A stretch of DNA of 64,000 nucleotides from Geopsychrobacteraceae bacterium (GTDB lineage Bacteria; Desulfobacterota; Desulfuromonadia; Desulfuromonadales; Geopsychrobacteraceae): assembly GCA_963662315.1 (NCBI GenBank), contig OY759353.1, positions 4,512,001-4,576,000 on the forward strand, written 5' to 3'. Both the position numbers and the translations under genes were made by a program. This document shows positions 28,200 through 35,715 of this stretch, piece after piece (the first letter of the stretch is position 1; each line of letters begins with the position of its first letter). The notes beneath the pieces were generated by a model. It was not told the origin of the DNA and searched no databases. It saw only the letters and a list, made by a program, of their open reading frames with translations.

Positions 28200-28942
28200 G
28201 CACAACGATGCAGAAAAAATTTTCTTTGAAAATTAAAGAACATATCGATTCGCCAGAAAGAAAAAAAGCCTACAACCAGGAGCATTTCAACGAAGCGGCC
28301 CGCCATTATGACTTTGCCACTAAGGCGATGTCCTTAGGGCGTGATACGGCCTGGAAGCGCCATCTCGTCAGGGCACTGCCCGTGCATAAGAGTCCAGTCT
28401 GTATCGATCTGGCCTGTGGTACCGGTGACGTAACCTTTATGGTTGCTGAAAAATATCCTGACGGGCAAGTGATCGGTGTCGATCTGACCCCCGCTATGCT
28501 TGACCTGGCTGAGCGACGAAATGCCTTTGGGCACGTTCAGTTTCTGCAGGGCGATATGGGAGCGCTGGTAGTTCCTGATGCCTCGGTTGATATTATAACC
28601 GGTAGTTACGCAGTGCGTAATGCTCCTGATCTGAAACAGGCCTTCACGGAGATGCACCGTATTTTAAAACCGGGTGGAGTTGTCGGGTTACTCGATTTTT
28701 CCAAGCCTGCCAGCCGTTGGTTTCAGTCGGTACAGTATGCTGTGCTGAAATACTGGTGCGGCTTTTGGGGACTGATGCTCCATGGCAATCCTGAAGTCCA
28801 TTCCTATATCTCTGCCAGCTTGCGCAGTTACCCAGACCGCGACAGTCTGCATCGTTTAGCGGTTGAAAGTGGGTTTGCCGTTCGCCAGAGTAAGCGTTTT
28901 TATCTTGGAACGCTGGAAATGCTAATCCTGGAAAAAAATTGA
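28196..28942 (+). CDS. UbiE/MenG-family SAM-dependent methyltransferase
   Basis: F...A.HYD....MSLGRD..W, IDLACGTGD, GVDLTPAML, YAVRN, RILKPGG, LDFSKP. Confidence 0.88.
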   Translation: MSTTMQKKFSLKIKEHIDSPERKKAYNQEHFNEAARHYDFATKAMSLGRDTAWKRHLVRALPVHKSPVCIDLACGTGDVTFMVAEKYPDGQVIGVDLTPAMLDLAERRNAFGHVQFLQGDMGALVVPDASVDIITGSYAVRNAPDLKQAFTEMHRILKPGGVVGLLDFSKPASRWFQSVQYAVLKYWCGFWGLMLHGNPEVHSYISASLRSYPDRDSLHRLAVESGFAVRQSKRFYLGTLEMLILEKN

Positions 28943-28948
28943 AAATGT

Positions 28949-28977
28949 AAGCCCTCCGGAATCGTCGGAGGGCTTTT
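28949..28977 (+). terminator. Intrinsic terminator of the T3PKS operon
   Basis: AAGCCCTCCG...CGGAGGGCTT followed by TT. Confidence 0.8.
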
Positions 28978-29300
28978 AAACCGGGTACTGTGGAAAATTT
29001 GTTCGATTTAATAAAGGGATGTTTGCTTCAATGCGCATTCAGTTTATCGGCACGTGCTAACCCGGAGCCGATATGACCTGAATGATCAATAGAGTATAAA
29101 GTTTTAAATCGTTGTCCTTAAAAACTTAAAATACCGATGCAAAAGAATTCATTTCGCTTTGAAATGAGACATATCCATTGAGGAGAGAAAGGCAAAGGCC
29201 TGTGGTTAGACCTAGTATCTTACACAGTCATGGTGGAAGGGGATTGTTCGCGAATGATCATTAGACTGTGGCCAGATCGACAAAAGCGGGTTGCGGGCTA

Positions 29301-29336
29301 AAGCTCCGGAGGGGGTGATTCCTTCCTCCGGAGCTT
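29301..29336 (-). terminator. Hairpin after PKD lipoprotein gene
   Basis: AAGCTCCGGAGG...CCTCCGGAGCTT 12-bp stem, 6 nt past the stop. Confidence 0.65.
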
Positions 29337-29342
29337 AGCATG

Positions 29343-31094
29343 TCAGGGAACCGTAATATAGGTATTAAGACTACCGTCTGCATAAACCTTCACTGGCTGC
29401 TGAATCCAGCTACCCAGCGGTGAGGTGTAGGCACTGACGCCAATATCGCTGGCTGCACCGGCGGTGCGATATTCAACACCATCCAAAACAAAGATAAACT
29501 CAGAGGTCGCTCCCGAGAGCAGTAACCCATCATGCTTGCCGATAGCTTCCGATAGAATAAATGAGTAGATGCCATCGTTTGCCGTGCTGTCACAGTCGTT
29601 ACCATCATCATCAGCGGTGACTAAATTCCAATTCCAAGCGCTTCCTTTGACCTGAACTTTATTGGCATAATCAGTTCCCTGGAAGGGCAACGCGAGGTTG
29701 CTTGCATTTGCTGAAATATCGATGGTCAGGCACAGATCAATCGTGCCATGAGCTGCGATGCTCAGTCCCGTAGCATCAATCGCGCTGGTGGCTCCCGCAT
29801 TGACAGTAAAGGTCCCATTCGCTCCAGTCCAGATCCAGGCACCATCAGACCCATCGACTGAATTGCGGATCGCACCATACTCGAAGTACTGTGTATTTGT
29901 GTTTGAAACCCAGACAGTCACTCCCCAAATATGGTCACCAGCGGAGGCTCCTTCTGGTTCGTGCCCACCGGATGTCCATGGACCATCATCATATAGCATG
30001 GCGTAGGGACCACCCCAACTACCGTTAAATGAGAGGATGCGCGTGGCAGGGCTGAAGCTGAAGGAGCCTTTCCATGCGAGTCCGTCGCTGTTGTCATAGG
30101 TCTGGTTTGCTGAGTCATCGATAGTGAAGTTCACGGCAACATGGTTGGCGGGTGGCGCAAACTGGGTAGATATGGTAACCGTGTCGATACTGCTGGTCGC
30201 TGTCCCATCATCAACCGTGAGACTGAACACGTAGTCACCATAAACATCAGCAGTAAAATTTGGATTGACAGCGGTTGCGTCAAAAAGGTTTGCGCTACTA
30301 CCGGTAGGAGCACTGGTCAATGACCAGTTATAAACTAAAAGGTCGCCATCCGCATCACTGCTTGAACTGCCATCTAATGTGACCAGATCTCCTACATTAA
30401 CATTTTGACCCGGTCCGGCATTGGCTACCGGAGTTGAATTGGTTGTGGCTGCCGTAATGATAACAGTATCTGTTGCACTGTCAATGGCTCCATCATTTAC
30501 AATCAGTTGAATCTCATACGTCCCGTCCAGATCTGCGGTAAAGGTCGGAGCCTGAATAATCGAGCTTGAAAGAGTTGATGTACTGCCGGTAGGAGCGTTG
30601 ATTATCGACCATGCGTAACTCAGGGAATCGCCATCGGCATCACTGCTGCCGCTGGCGTCAAGAGTGACGGTTGCACCGGTAGCAACATTTTGGTCTGTAC
30701 CGGCGTTGGCGATTGGTGCGGCATTAGCTGATGCCGCCGTGACAACGATAACATCCTCAGCACTGTCATCCTCGCCATCGTTGACGACCAGACTAATCTC
30801 ATATGTTCCTACCTGGTCGGCAGTGAATGTTGGTCGCACTATGGTTTGATCAGAAAGGTTTGCCGCGCTGCCGGCAGGGGCTGATACAATCAGCCAGTTG
30901 TAGGATAGAATATCTCCATCCCTATCGGTACTGCTGGAACCATCAAGAGTTATCAGTGTGTTGACAATGACGCTTTGATCTGCACCGGCATTTGCGACCG
31001 GGGCATGGTTGGTTGAAGAGGAATCATCATCACTGCAAGCTGTCAATATACACAGCATGATAACGATAGTCAGAAGCTGAAATGTTTTTTTCAT
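29343..31094 (-). CDS. Surface lipoprotein with three PKD-like Ig repeats and a duplicated C-terminal beta domain
   Basis: Lipobox LTAC-SDDD; three repeats N..P.ANAG..Q.V...TLD.S.S.D.DGD.L.Y.W; two DDG-motif units; alternative start 31106. Confidence 0.85.
   Translation of the reverse strand: MKKTFQLLTIVIMLCILTACSDDDSSSTNHAPVANAGADQSVIVNTLITLDGSSSTDRDGDILSYNWLIVSAPAGSAANLSDQTIVRPTFTADQVGTYEISLVVNDGEDDSAEDVIVVTAASANAAPIANAGTDQNVATGATVTLDASGSSDADGDSLSYAWSIINAPTGSTSTLSSSIIQAPTFTADLDGTYEIQLIVNDGAIDSATDTVIITAATTNSTPVANAGPGQNVNVGDLVTLDGSSSSDADGDLLVYNWSLTSAPTGSSANLFDATAVNPNFTADVYGDYVFSLTVDDGTATSSIDTVTISTQFAPPANHVAVNFTIDDSANQTYDNSDGLAWKGSFSFSPATRILSFNGSWGGPYAMLYDDGPWTSGGHEPEGASAGDHIWGVTVWVSNTNTQYFEYGAIRNSVDGSDGAWIWTGANGTFTVNAGATSAIDATGLSIAAHGTIDLCLTIDISANASNLALPFQGTDYANKVQVKGSAWNWNLVTADDDGNDCDSTANDGIYSFILSEAIGKHDGLLLSGATSEFIFVLDGVEYRTAGAASDIGVSAYTSPLGSWIQQPVKVYADGSLNTYITVP
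30170..31012 (-). repeat. Three tandem ~95-codon PKD-like domain repeats (approximate bounds)
   Basis: Repeats begin NHAPVANAG, NAAPIANAG and NSTPVANAG and share PTFTAD..GTY....V.DG. Confidence 0.85.
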
Positions 31095-31317
31095 TTTTCT
31101 CTCCATTCTATTGTTGAAATTTAATTATTGTTAAGTAACGGAATGTAGCAAATAGTTACGGTCGCACTTATTAAAGTCAAGTAAAAAGTGTGGAAATGCA
31201 GCCAATGGAGAATACCTCATACCTATGCTTCATTTATAATAGTGCGAGATGAATGCCTATTCAGCTGCTGAAAACCTATAAGCTTTGCACTGGCAAGGTT
31301 TAAAAACGGTATAGAAT

Positions 31318-32500
31318 CACTACTGTCTCATAGTTTCAAATAAACGATAACTGCTTGTCATATAATGGTATTTTTTGTTTGGTGGTAAGAACAGCTCTTT
31401 GAAATCGCGTCGATCGAACAAGTTTAGCTGTAATATTCGTAACATCTGCTGCATGGAGCGTTCGACCTTCGACTGGTATTTCAGGAACGCCAGCACCAGA
31501 TAGGCACACAAGGCAATCCAGATCTGTGTCATCACGGCATTGCGGGATGTGCCTAAAAAGCTCTTGATGCGCAGGTTTTGCTTGATCCATTTAAAGAACA
31601 GCTCAATCTGCCAGCGTTCTTTGTACAATTCAGCGACCGTTGCCGCTGGAATGTCCAGCGCATTGGTCACGAATTCGTAAGTGATGTCGGTCTCCGCATC
31701 CAGATACACGACCTTGCGGAAGGATCCGTTGATGCCTTGCAGTTGAATCTGTTGATCCAAGAGGACTCCTAGACTTTTCCGGCCCCGACGCTTCTTGCCT
31801 GGAATGGTGACCGCATTGCTTTTCAGCCGAGCGACAAAACGAATGCCATCTTTCGTGAGCTCCTGATACCATGTGTAGTCCGTGTAGCCCCGGTCGAAAA
31901 CAACGTAGGAGCCCTTGGGAAAATTCAGAAGTCTGGCTCTCTTGATTTCATGCTCCTTGCCTTCGGTCAGATCGACAAAGGCTGGCAAATAGCCATCTGC
32001 ATCCAGACCAATATGAAGTTTAGCGGCCCCTTTCTCTTTGCAGTACTTTGCCCAGGGAAACAGGGACAGCGTCAGGTCGATCATTGATGCATCAAAGGCT
32101 GAAACAAGGCCTCGTACATCTGATGAGGCTGTATTTCATTCGCTCTGGCCAAGGTTGCCCGGCTGAATGGCCTGACACCAAGGTGGTAGAGCTTGGCGCC
32201 TTGAGCCGCGATATTATCGGTAATATCCCGTAGACTGTTGCGGCCGGTCAGTTGGGCTGTCAACAAAGCTACAAATTGAGACCAGCGAGAAAATGAGCGG
32301 AATTTCTGGCCGATGTGATGCTTGTTCGCCAGAGCCTGAAATTCATGTCTCGGGAAAATACGTACAATTTGCGAAAGAACAGTACTACAATGCGCAATGG
32401 CTTGTAACTCCTTGTTTTTAATGTGATTTTGGCGAATTTGTTGTAACACGAGTGGGCTCCATGCCATTGTTTTTATTGATCAAACTATGAGACAGCAGTG
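31318..32500 (-). mobile_element. IS4-family insertion sequence (1183 bp), damaged
   Basis: Terminal inverted repeats CACTACTGTCTCATAGTTT (31318-36) and AAACTATGAGACAGCAGTG (32482-500), 18/19 match, enclosing a DDE transposase. Confidence 0.9.
31320..32398 (-). pseudogene. IS4-family transposase, frameshifted near 32095
   Basis: N-part (AHCSTVLSQ...SLRDI...SRATLARAN..YEALFQ) and C-part (FDASMIDL, FDRGY, LYKERWQIELFFKWIKQNL) are in different frames; the codon after AAGGAG is ATT. Confidence 0.85.
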
Positions 32501-32591
32501 AGTCACTATCTTGATGTGCTTCAGGTGAAAGCCGGTACTGAGCTGATTGATCTCTGCCGGTAGTATCCTTCTCGATCTGTTGTTGAGAAAG

Positions 32592-32626
32592 AAAAGACCC
32601 GATTGAGTGCATCAATCGGGTCTTTT
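32592..32626. terminator. Bidirectional intrinsic terminator
   Basis: AAAAGACCCGATTGA-GTGCA-TCAATCGGGTCTTTT, 15-bp perfect stem. Confidence 0.85.
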
Positions 32627-32656
32627 GGTTAATAACTGGTCGCAATGAATCTCAAG

Positions 32657-33697
32657 TTATTCCCAGTTTTGAGATCTTGTCTTCCAAACCTCAGCCTCTT
32701 CAGCGTCAACCTTCGGACTCCAGAGAGGATACCAGCCCTCCCATTTGTCGATCTGGGCTACGCCATTGTCAAAGAAGTACGCCTGTGCCTGATCGTTTCC
32801 ATTCAGGGTAAAATCGAGCCAGTTGACATAGAGGCGTTCCGCTTCAGTCAGCAGGGTTGTATCTCCGTTACCTTCATTGATGCCATAGAGCAGACCGGAA
32901 TGGCCGGCATGAATATGTTCTGCGTAGTAAACCGGAACCCCTTCAAACGGATAGTTTGTATCGTTACCCGCAGCAATTTCGTAGTTGGCATTAGTGTTTG
33001 AGTAAGCGACATCAGATTCTCCGCCGCTAATGAAAATAACCGAAGAGTGAAGGTCGAGCAGGTCCGCACGCTCACCGCCAAGGGTGACACCTGAATCATC
33101 CGGGAAGAAACCAGTGTTCCAGGCCAGAATGGTTTTGGTCCGCTCGTCCTTACCTGCCATCAGGGCTTCGTTGCCACCACAGGATTGTCCAGCGACAGCA
33201 ATTTTACTGATGTCGGCACGTCCTTTGAGTTGTAACAGGCCTTCCGCAGACTCAAGCCAATCCATGGCATCGATCTGTTTCTGTGGATCTGCGCTTCCGC
33301 CACTGATAGCAGGGTAGTCGTAAGCACCATTGGCAATAACGATAAACCCGTGGGAAGCGACCATGGTTGAGATAAAAACAAAGCCATAATTACTTGGACG
33401 GCACGCGCCATTGGCCCAGACGACAACAGGAATAGAGCCTTCTTTAAATTTACTCAAGTCCGCAGGGCGATATACTGTGTGTTCAGGTAAACCGTTTGCT
33501 GCTTCGCGAACCGTGGCAAAGGATTGAACGATAGCGGCGGACTCAGGATCGTAGTCCGGTGTTGAGTCAGATTCTTCTTGAAAATAGTAGTTGCTGTTGG
33601 TTGTCAATTCATTGGTTTCCTTGTCATCGCCGCAAGACCAAATCAACAGACACATGGGAATCATGAGCAGTGATAACCAAAACTTACTTTTTTTCAT
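32657..33697 (-). CDS. Lipoprotein alpha/beta hydrolase (esterase-like)
   Basis: Lipobox IWSC-GDD; PVVVWANGAC, nucleophile elbow GQSCGG, candidate Asp (ESDVA) and His (AGHSG); GGAGG RBS. Confidence 0.82.
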   Translation of the reverse strand: MKKSKFWLSLLMIPMCLLIWSCGDDKETNELTTNSNYYFQEESDSTPDYDPESAAIVQSFATVREAANGLPEHTVYRPADLSKFKEGSIPVVVWANGACRPSNYGFVFISTMVASHGFIVIANGAYDYPAISGGSADPQKQIDAMDWLESAEGLLQLKGRADISKIAVAGQSCGGNEALMAGKDERTKTILAWNTGFFPDDSGVTLGGERADLLDLHSSVIFISGGESDVAYSNTNANYEIAAGNDTNYPFEGVPVYYAEHIHAGHSGLLYGINEGNGDTTLLTEAERLYVNWLDFTLNGNDQAQAYFFDNGVAQIDKWEGWYPLWSPKVDAEEAEVWKTRSQNWE

Positions 33698-33904
33698 ATC
33701 TTACCTCCGTAATGTGAATAAGACGCCAAATGGCTGGAATGTTACAGTCTTTGGCCAGAACTGAACGAAATATATCGCGAGTCGTATCCCCTCCCTGAAC
33801 AAAACATCGGAAAATCAAACTTGCCAGCAAGGCTGCTCAGGGTGATTGTTCGCTTTTCTCAAAGCATGTCTTCAGGTAGGACAATATGTTGCTCTGTGGT
33901 ACAT

Positions 33905-33960
33905 ATCTTATGGAAGTTTCAAAAATCAGTCTTTCAGAAATTGATGATATCTTTCAAAAA
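33905..33960 (-). promoter_or_regulatory. Promoter with direct-repeat operator overlapping -35 (AraC-type), upstream of the alpha/beta hydrolase
   Basis: Minus strand TTTTTGAAAGA..TCTGAAAGACT (20-bp period), AAGACT-17 nt-TAAGAT. Confidence 0.55.
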
Positions 33961-34013
33961 CTGATGACTATTGTTTCTGGAAGGATAATTGTTGATATGA
34001 AATAGTGACTTAG

Positions 34014-34194
34014 CTAGTTTCCATCCGGAAACGGCCCTTTTCCGCTGTGGCGGTGTCAATCTGCGGGTTTTCTTGTGCGGCGTAAAGTACTACGCCTCCG
34101 CACAAACCCTTGATTTCCTTGCCACAATGAGAAATTACTCGTTTCCAATCTGAAAACTTAGCGTTGCCCTTCGGAGTTTTCGGATGGCAACTAG
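34014..34194. mobile_element. MITE-like palindromic element (181 bp)
   Basis: Terminal inverted repeats CTAGTTTCCATCCGGAAAC / GTTTTCGGATGGCAACTAG (17/19), TAGCTA at both ends, long nested internal stem, no transposase. Confidence 0.7.
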
Positions 34195-34221
34195 CTATTG
34201 GACCGGCAGCTAAATATAAAT

Positions 34222-34258
34222 AGCACGCCCCGAAAAGGGTAACCCTCCGGGGCGTGCT
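34222..34258 (-). terminator. Terminator hairpin after the esterase remnant
   Basis: AGCACGCCCCG...CGGGGCGTGCT 11-bp stem. Confidence 0.7.
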
Positions 34259-34269
34259 TAAAGATTCAA

Positions 34270-34416
34270 TTAAGCTGGTCCGTTAGCTGCAGGTGGGTAG
34301 AATTGACATGTATCATGCGGATTTTTAAACCCAGATGAACTGCAATAACGGGTGATAGTGTCGGATGCATCCGTTTCGATACTGAAATGTTTCAGATAGT
34401 CCCGCAGTATCGGCAT
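34270..34416 (-). pseudogene. C-terminal remnant of a paralog of the 706-aa esterase lipoprotein
   Basis: MPILRDYLKHFSIETDASDTITRYCSSSGF aligns with VLAWDYLKHYSFERDGIGNVTARYYSTSGF at the end of 35716..37836. Confidence 0.75.
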
Positions 34417-34502
34417 TTGAACTGAGGTTTTTAAGTAAGAGAATTCTAAACCTCAAGAAATGAGGTCTTTTTTTCTTCCTTAAAAATGGCAAGTTGCCTT
34501 TT

Positions 34503-35387
34503 CTATAATTTTTTCCAACGGGCCGGGGGTAATTTCATGTAACGCTTGAATACATAGGTCAGGTGGGCCTGGCTTGAGAATCCGGTCTCTATGGCAATAT
34601 CCATGATTGATCGCTCCGGCTCGGTGCGCAGTAGATGCGCTGCTTTGTCGATTCGTTTTTTCAGTACGTATTGATGTGGAGAAATGCAAAAGGTCGCGCG
34701 GAATAACGAAGAAAAATGACTTGGGCTGAGACCCAGTAGAACAGCCATTGTTTCAATGCTTAATTCGGTGTCTAGGGAAGAATCGATGAATTCCTTCAGA
34801 CGCAGTTGATGGCGTGTCGATAACTTTTGTCCTGTTTTTTCCGCTTTTTTGCTGTGGCTATAGTGGTTGTTCAACCAGCCGATGATTGATAGAGACAATC
34901 CTTCGGCATAAAGAGAGCCATTAGGCATTCCTGATTTTATCTCACCAGCTAAGTTCAGAATCGTGTTTCTAAGGGTTGAGTCTTTGTGGCCATAGCCAGT
35001 GGTCAGATCAAAGTTACCGCTTTGGTCTGGTAAATACCGCTGAATTACTGAAGGCGGAAGCTTTAGGCTCATGCAGGTGCCTGCTTGTCCTTTGCGATAA
35101 GAGGCGTCTCGTTCGTAAGTTGAGCCCAGAACATTGAAAGTGGGAGGGCCATTGGTAACTTCAATGGTTTTTTTACCGCTACGAATCCAACATTGTCCAC
35201 CACCACTTAACCCCACGGAGAGCATTGGAACTCCGGTATATTGGGGCCCGCTTTGTGTTATCTCCGGAATGAAAGATTCTTCGATATGGATACCCTTCCA
35301 GTCTGCGGGTAAGTTAAGCAATAATCGTCCGTCAGCCCCTCGAGCTTGTGGACAATGGCTTCCATATCGAGATCTCTCATTGCTCAT
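34503..35387 (-). CDS. AraC-family transcriptional regulator (paralog 1)
   Basis: LYAEGLS, LSPSHFSSLFRATF.ISPHQYVLKKR, IAIETGFSSQAHLTYVFKR; start chosen by alignment with paralog 2. Confidence 0.92.
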   Translation of the reverse strand: MSNERSRYGSHCPQARGADGRLLLNLPADWKGIHIEESFIPEITQSGPQYTGVPMLSVGLSGGGQCWIRSGKKTIEVTNGPPTFNVLGSTYERDASYRKGQAGTCMSLKLPPSVIQRYLPDQSGNFDLTTGYGHKDSTLRNTILNLAGEIKSGMPNGSLYAEGLSLSIIGWLNNHYSHSKKAEKTGQKLSTRHQLRLKEFIDSSLDTELSIETMAVLLGLSPSHFSSLFRATFCISPHQYVLKKRIDKAAHLLRTEPERSIMDIAIETGFSSQAHLTYVFKRYMKLPPARWKKL

Positions 35388-35669
35388 TAAGCTACCATCT
35401 TTCTGATAAGGTCCTAATGGATAGGTAGTGCTTCTTGTTGAGAGCATAGCGGCGGATCGTTCTTGTGTCAATTTAAAACATTGTTTACTTTGTGGTTTTG
35501 TTTTTAAGTCTTTGTTAATTCAATGGTAAATAAGTGAATGATAAGAAATTAATCACTTGGTGTGAGGGAGTATCTCTTTTGCGATGAGCCTAGACGTATC
35601 TGTTGTATGTATTTCTAGGTAGGATAATTGTATTTTGCTGTTTGTTCGGTACGACCTTTTTATGATGGC

Positions 35670-35706
35670 AACGGCAGTCGGATTGTTTTAAGTTCCGACT
35701 GCCGTT
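35670..35706 (-). terminator. Hairpin after the esterase lipoprotein gene
   Basis: AACGGCAGTCGGA...TCCGACTGCCGTT 13-bp stem. Confidence 0.7.
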
Positions 35707-35715
35707 TATTTCAGG

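Noticed and set aside
29036..29084. Interrupted hairpin CATTCAG..TATCGGC..GCCGATA..CTGAATG as an attC site or ncRNA
   Set aside because: No RYYYAAC/GTTRRRY ends, no integrase, single copy; insufficient support
32081..32100. Programmed frameshift in the IS transposase
   Set aside because: No slippery run at the junction, IS4 transposases are normally single ORFs, and sequence appears to be missing
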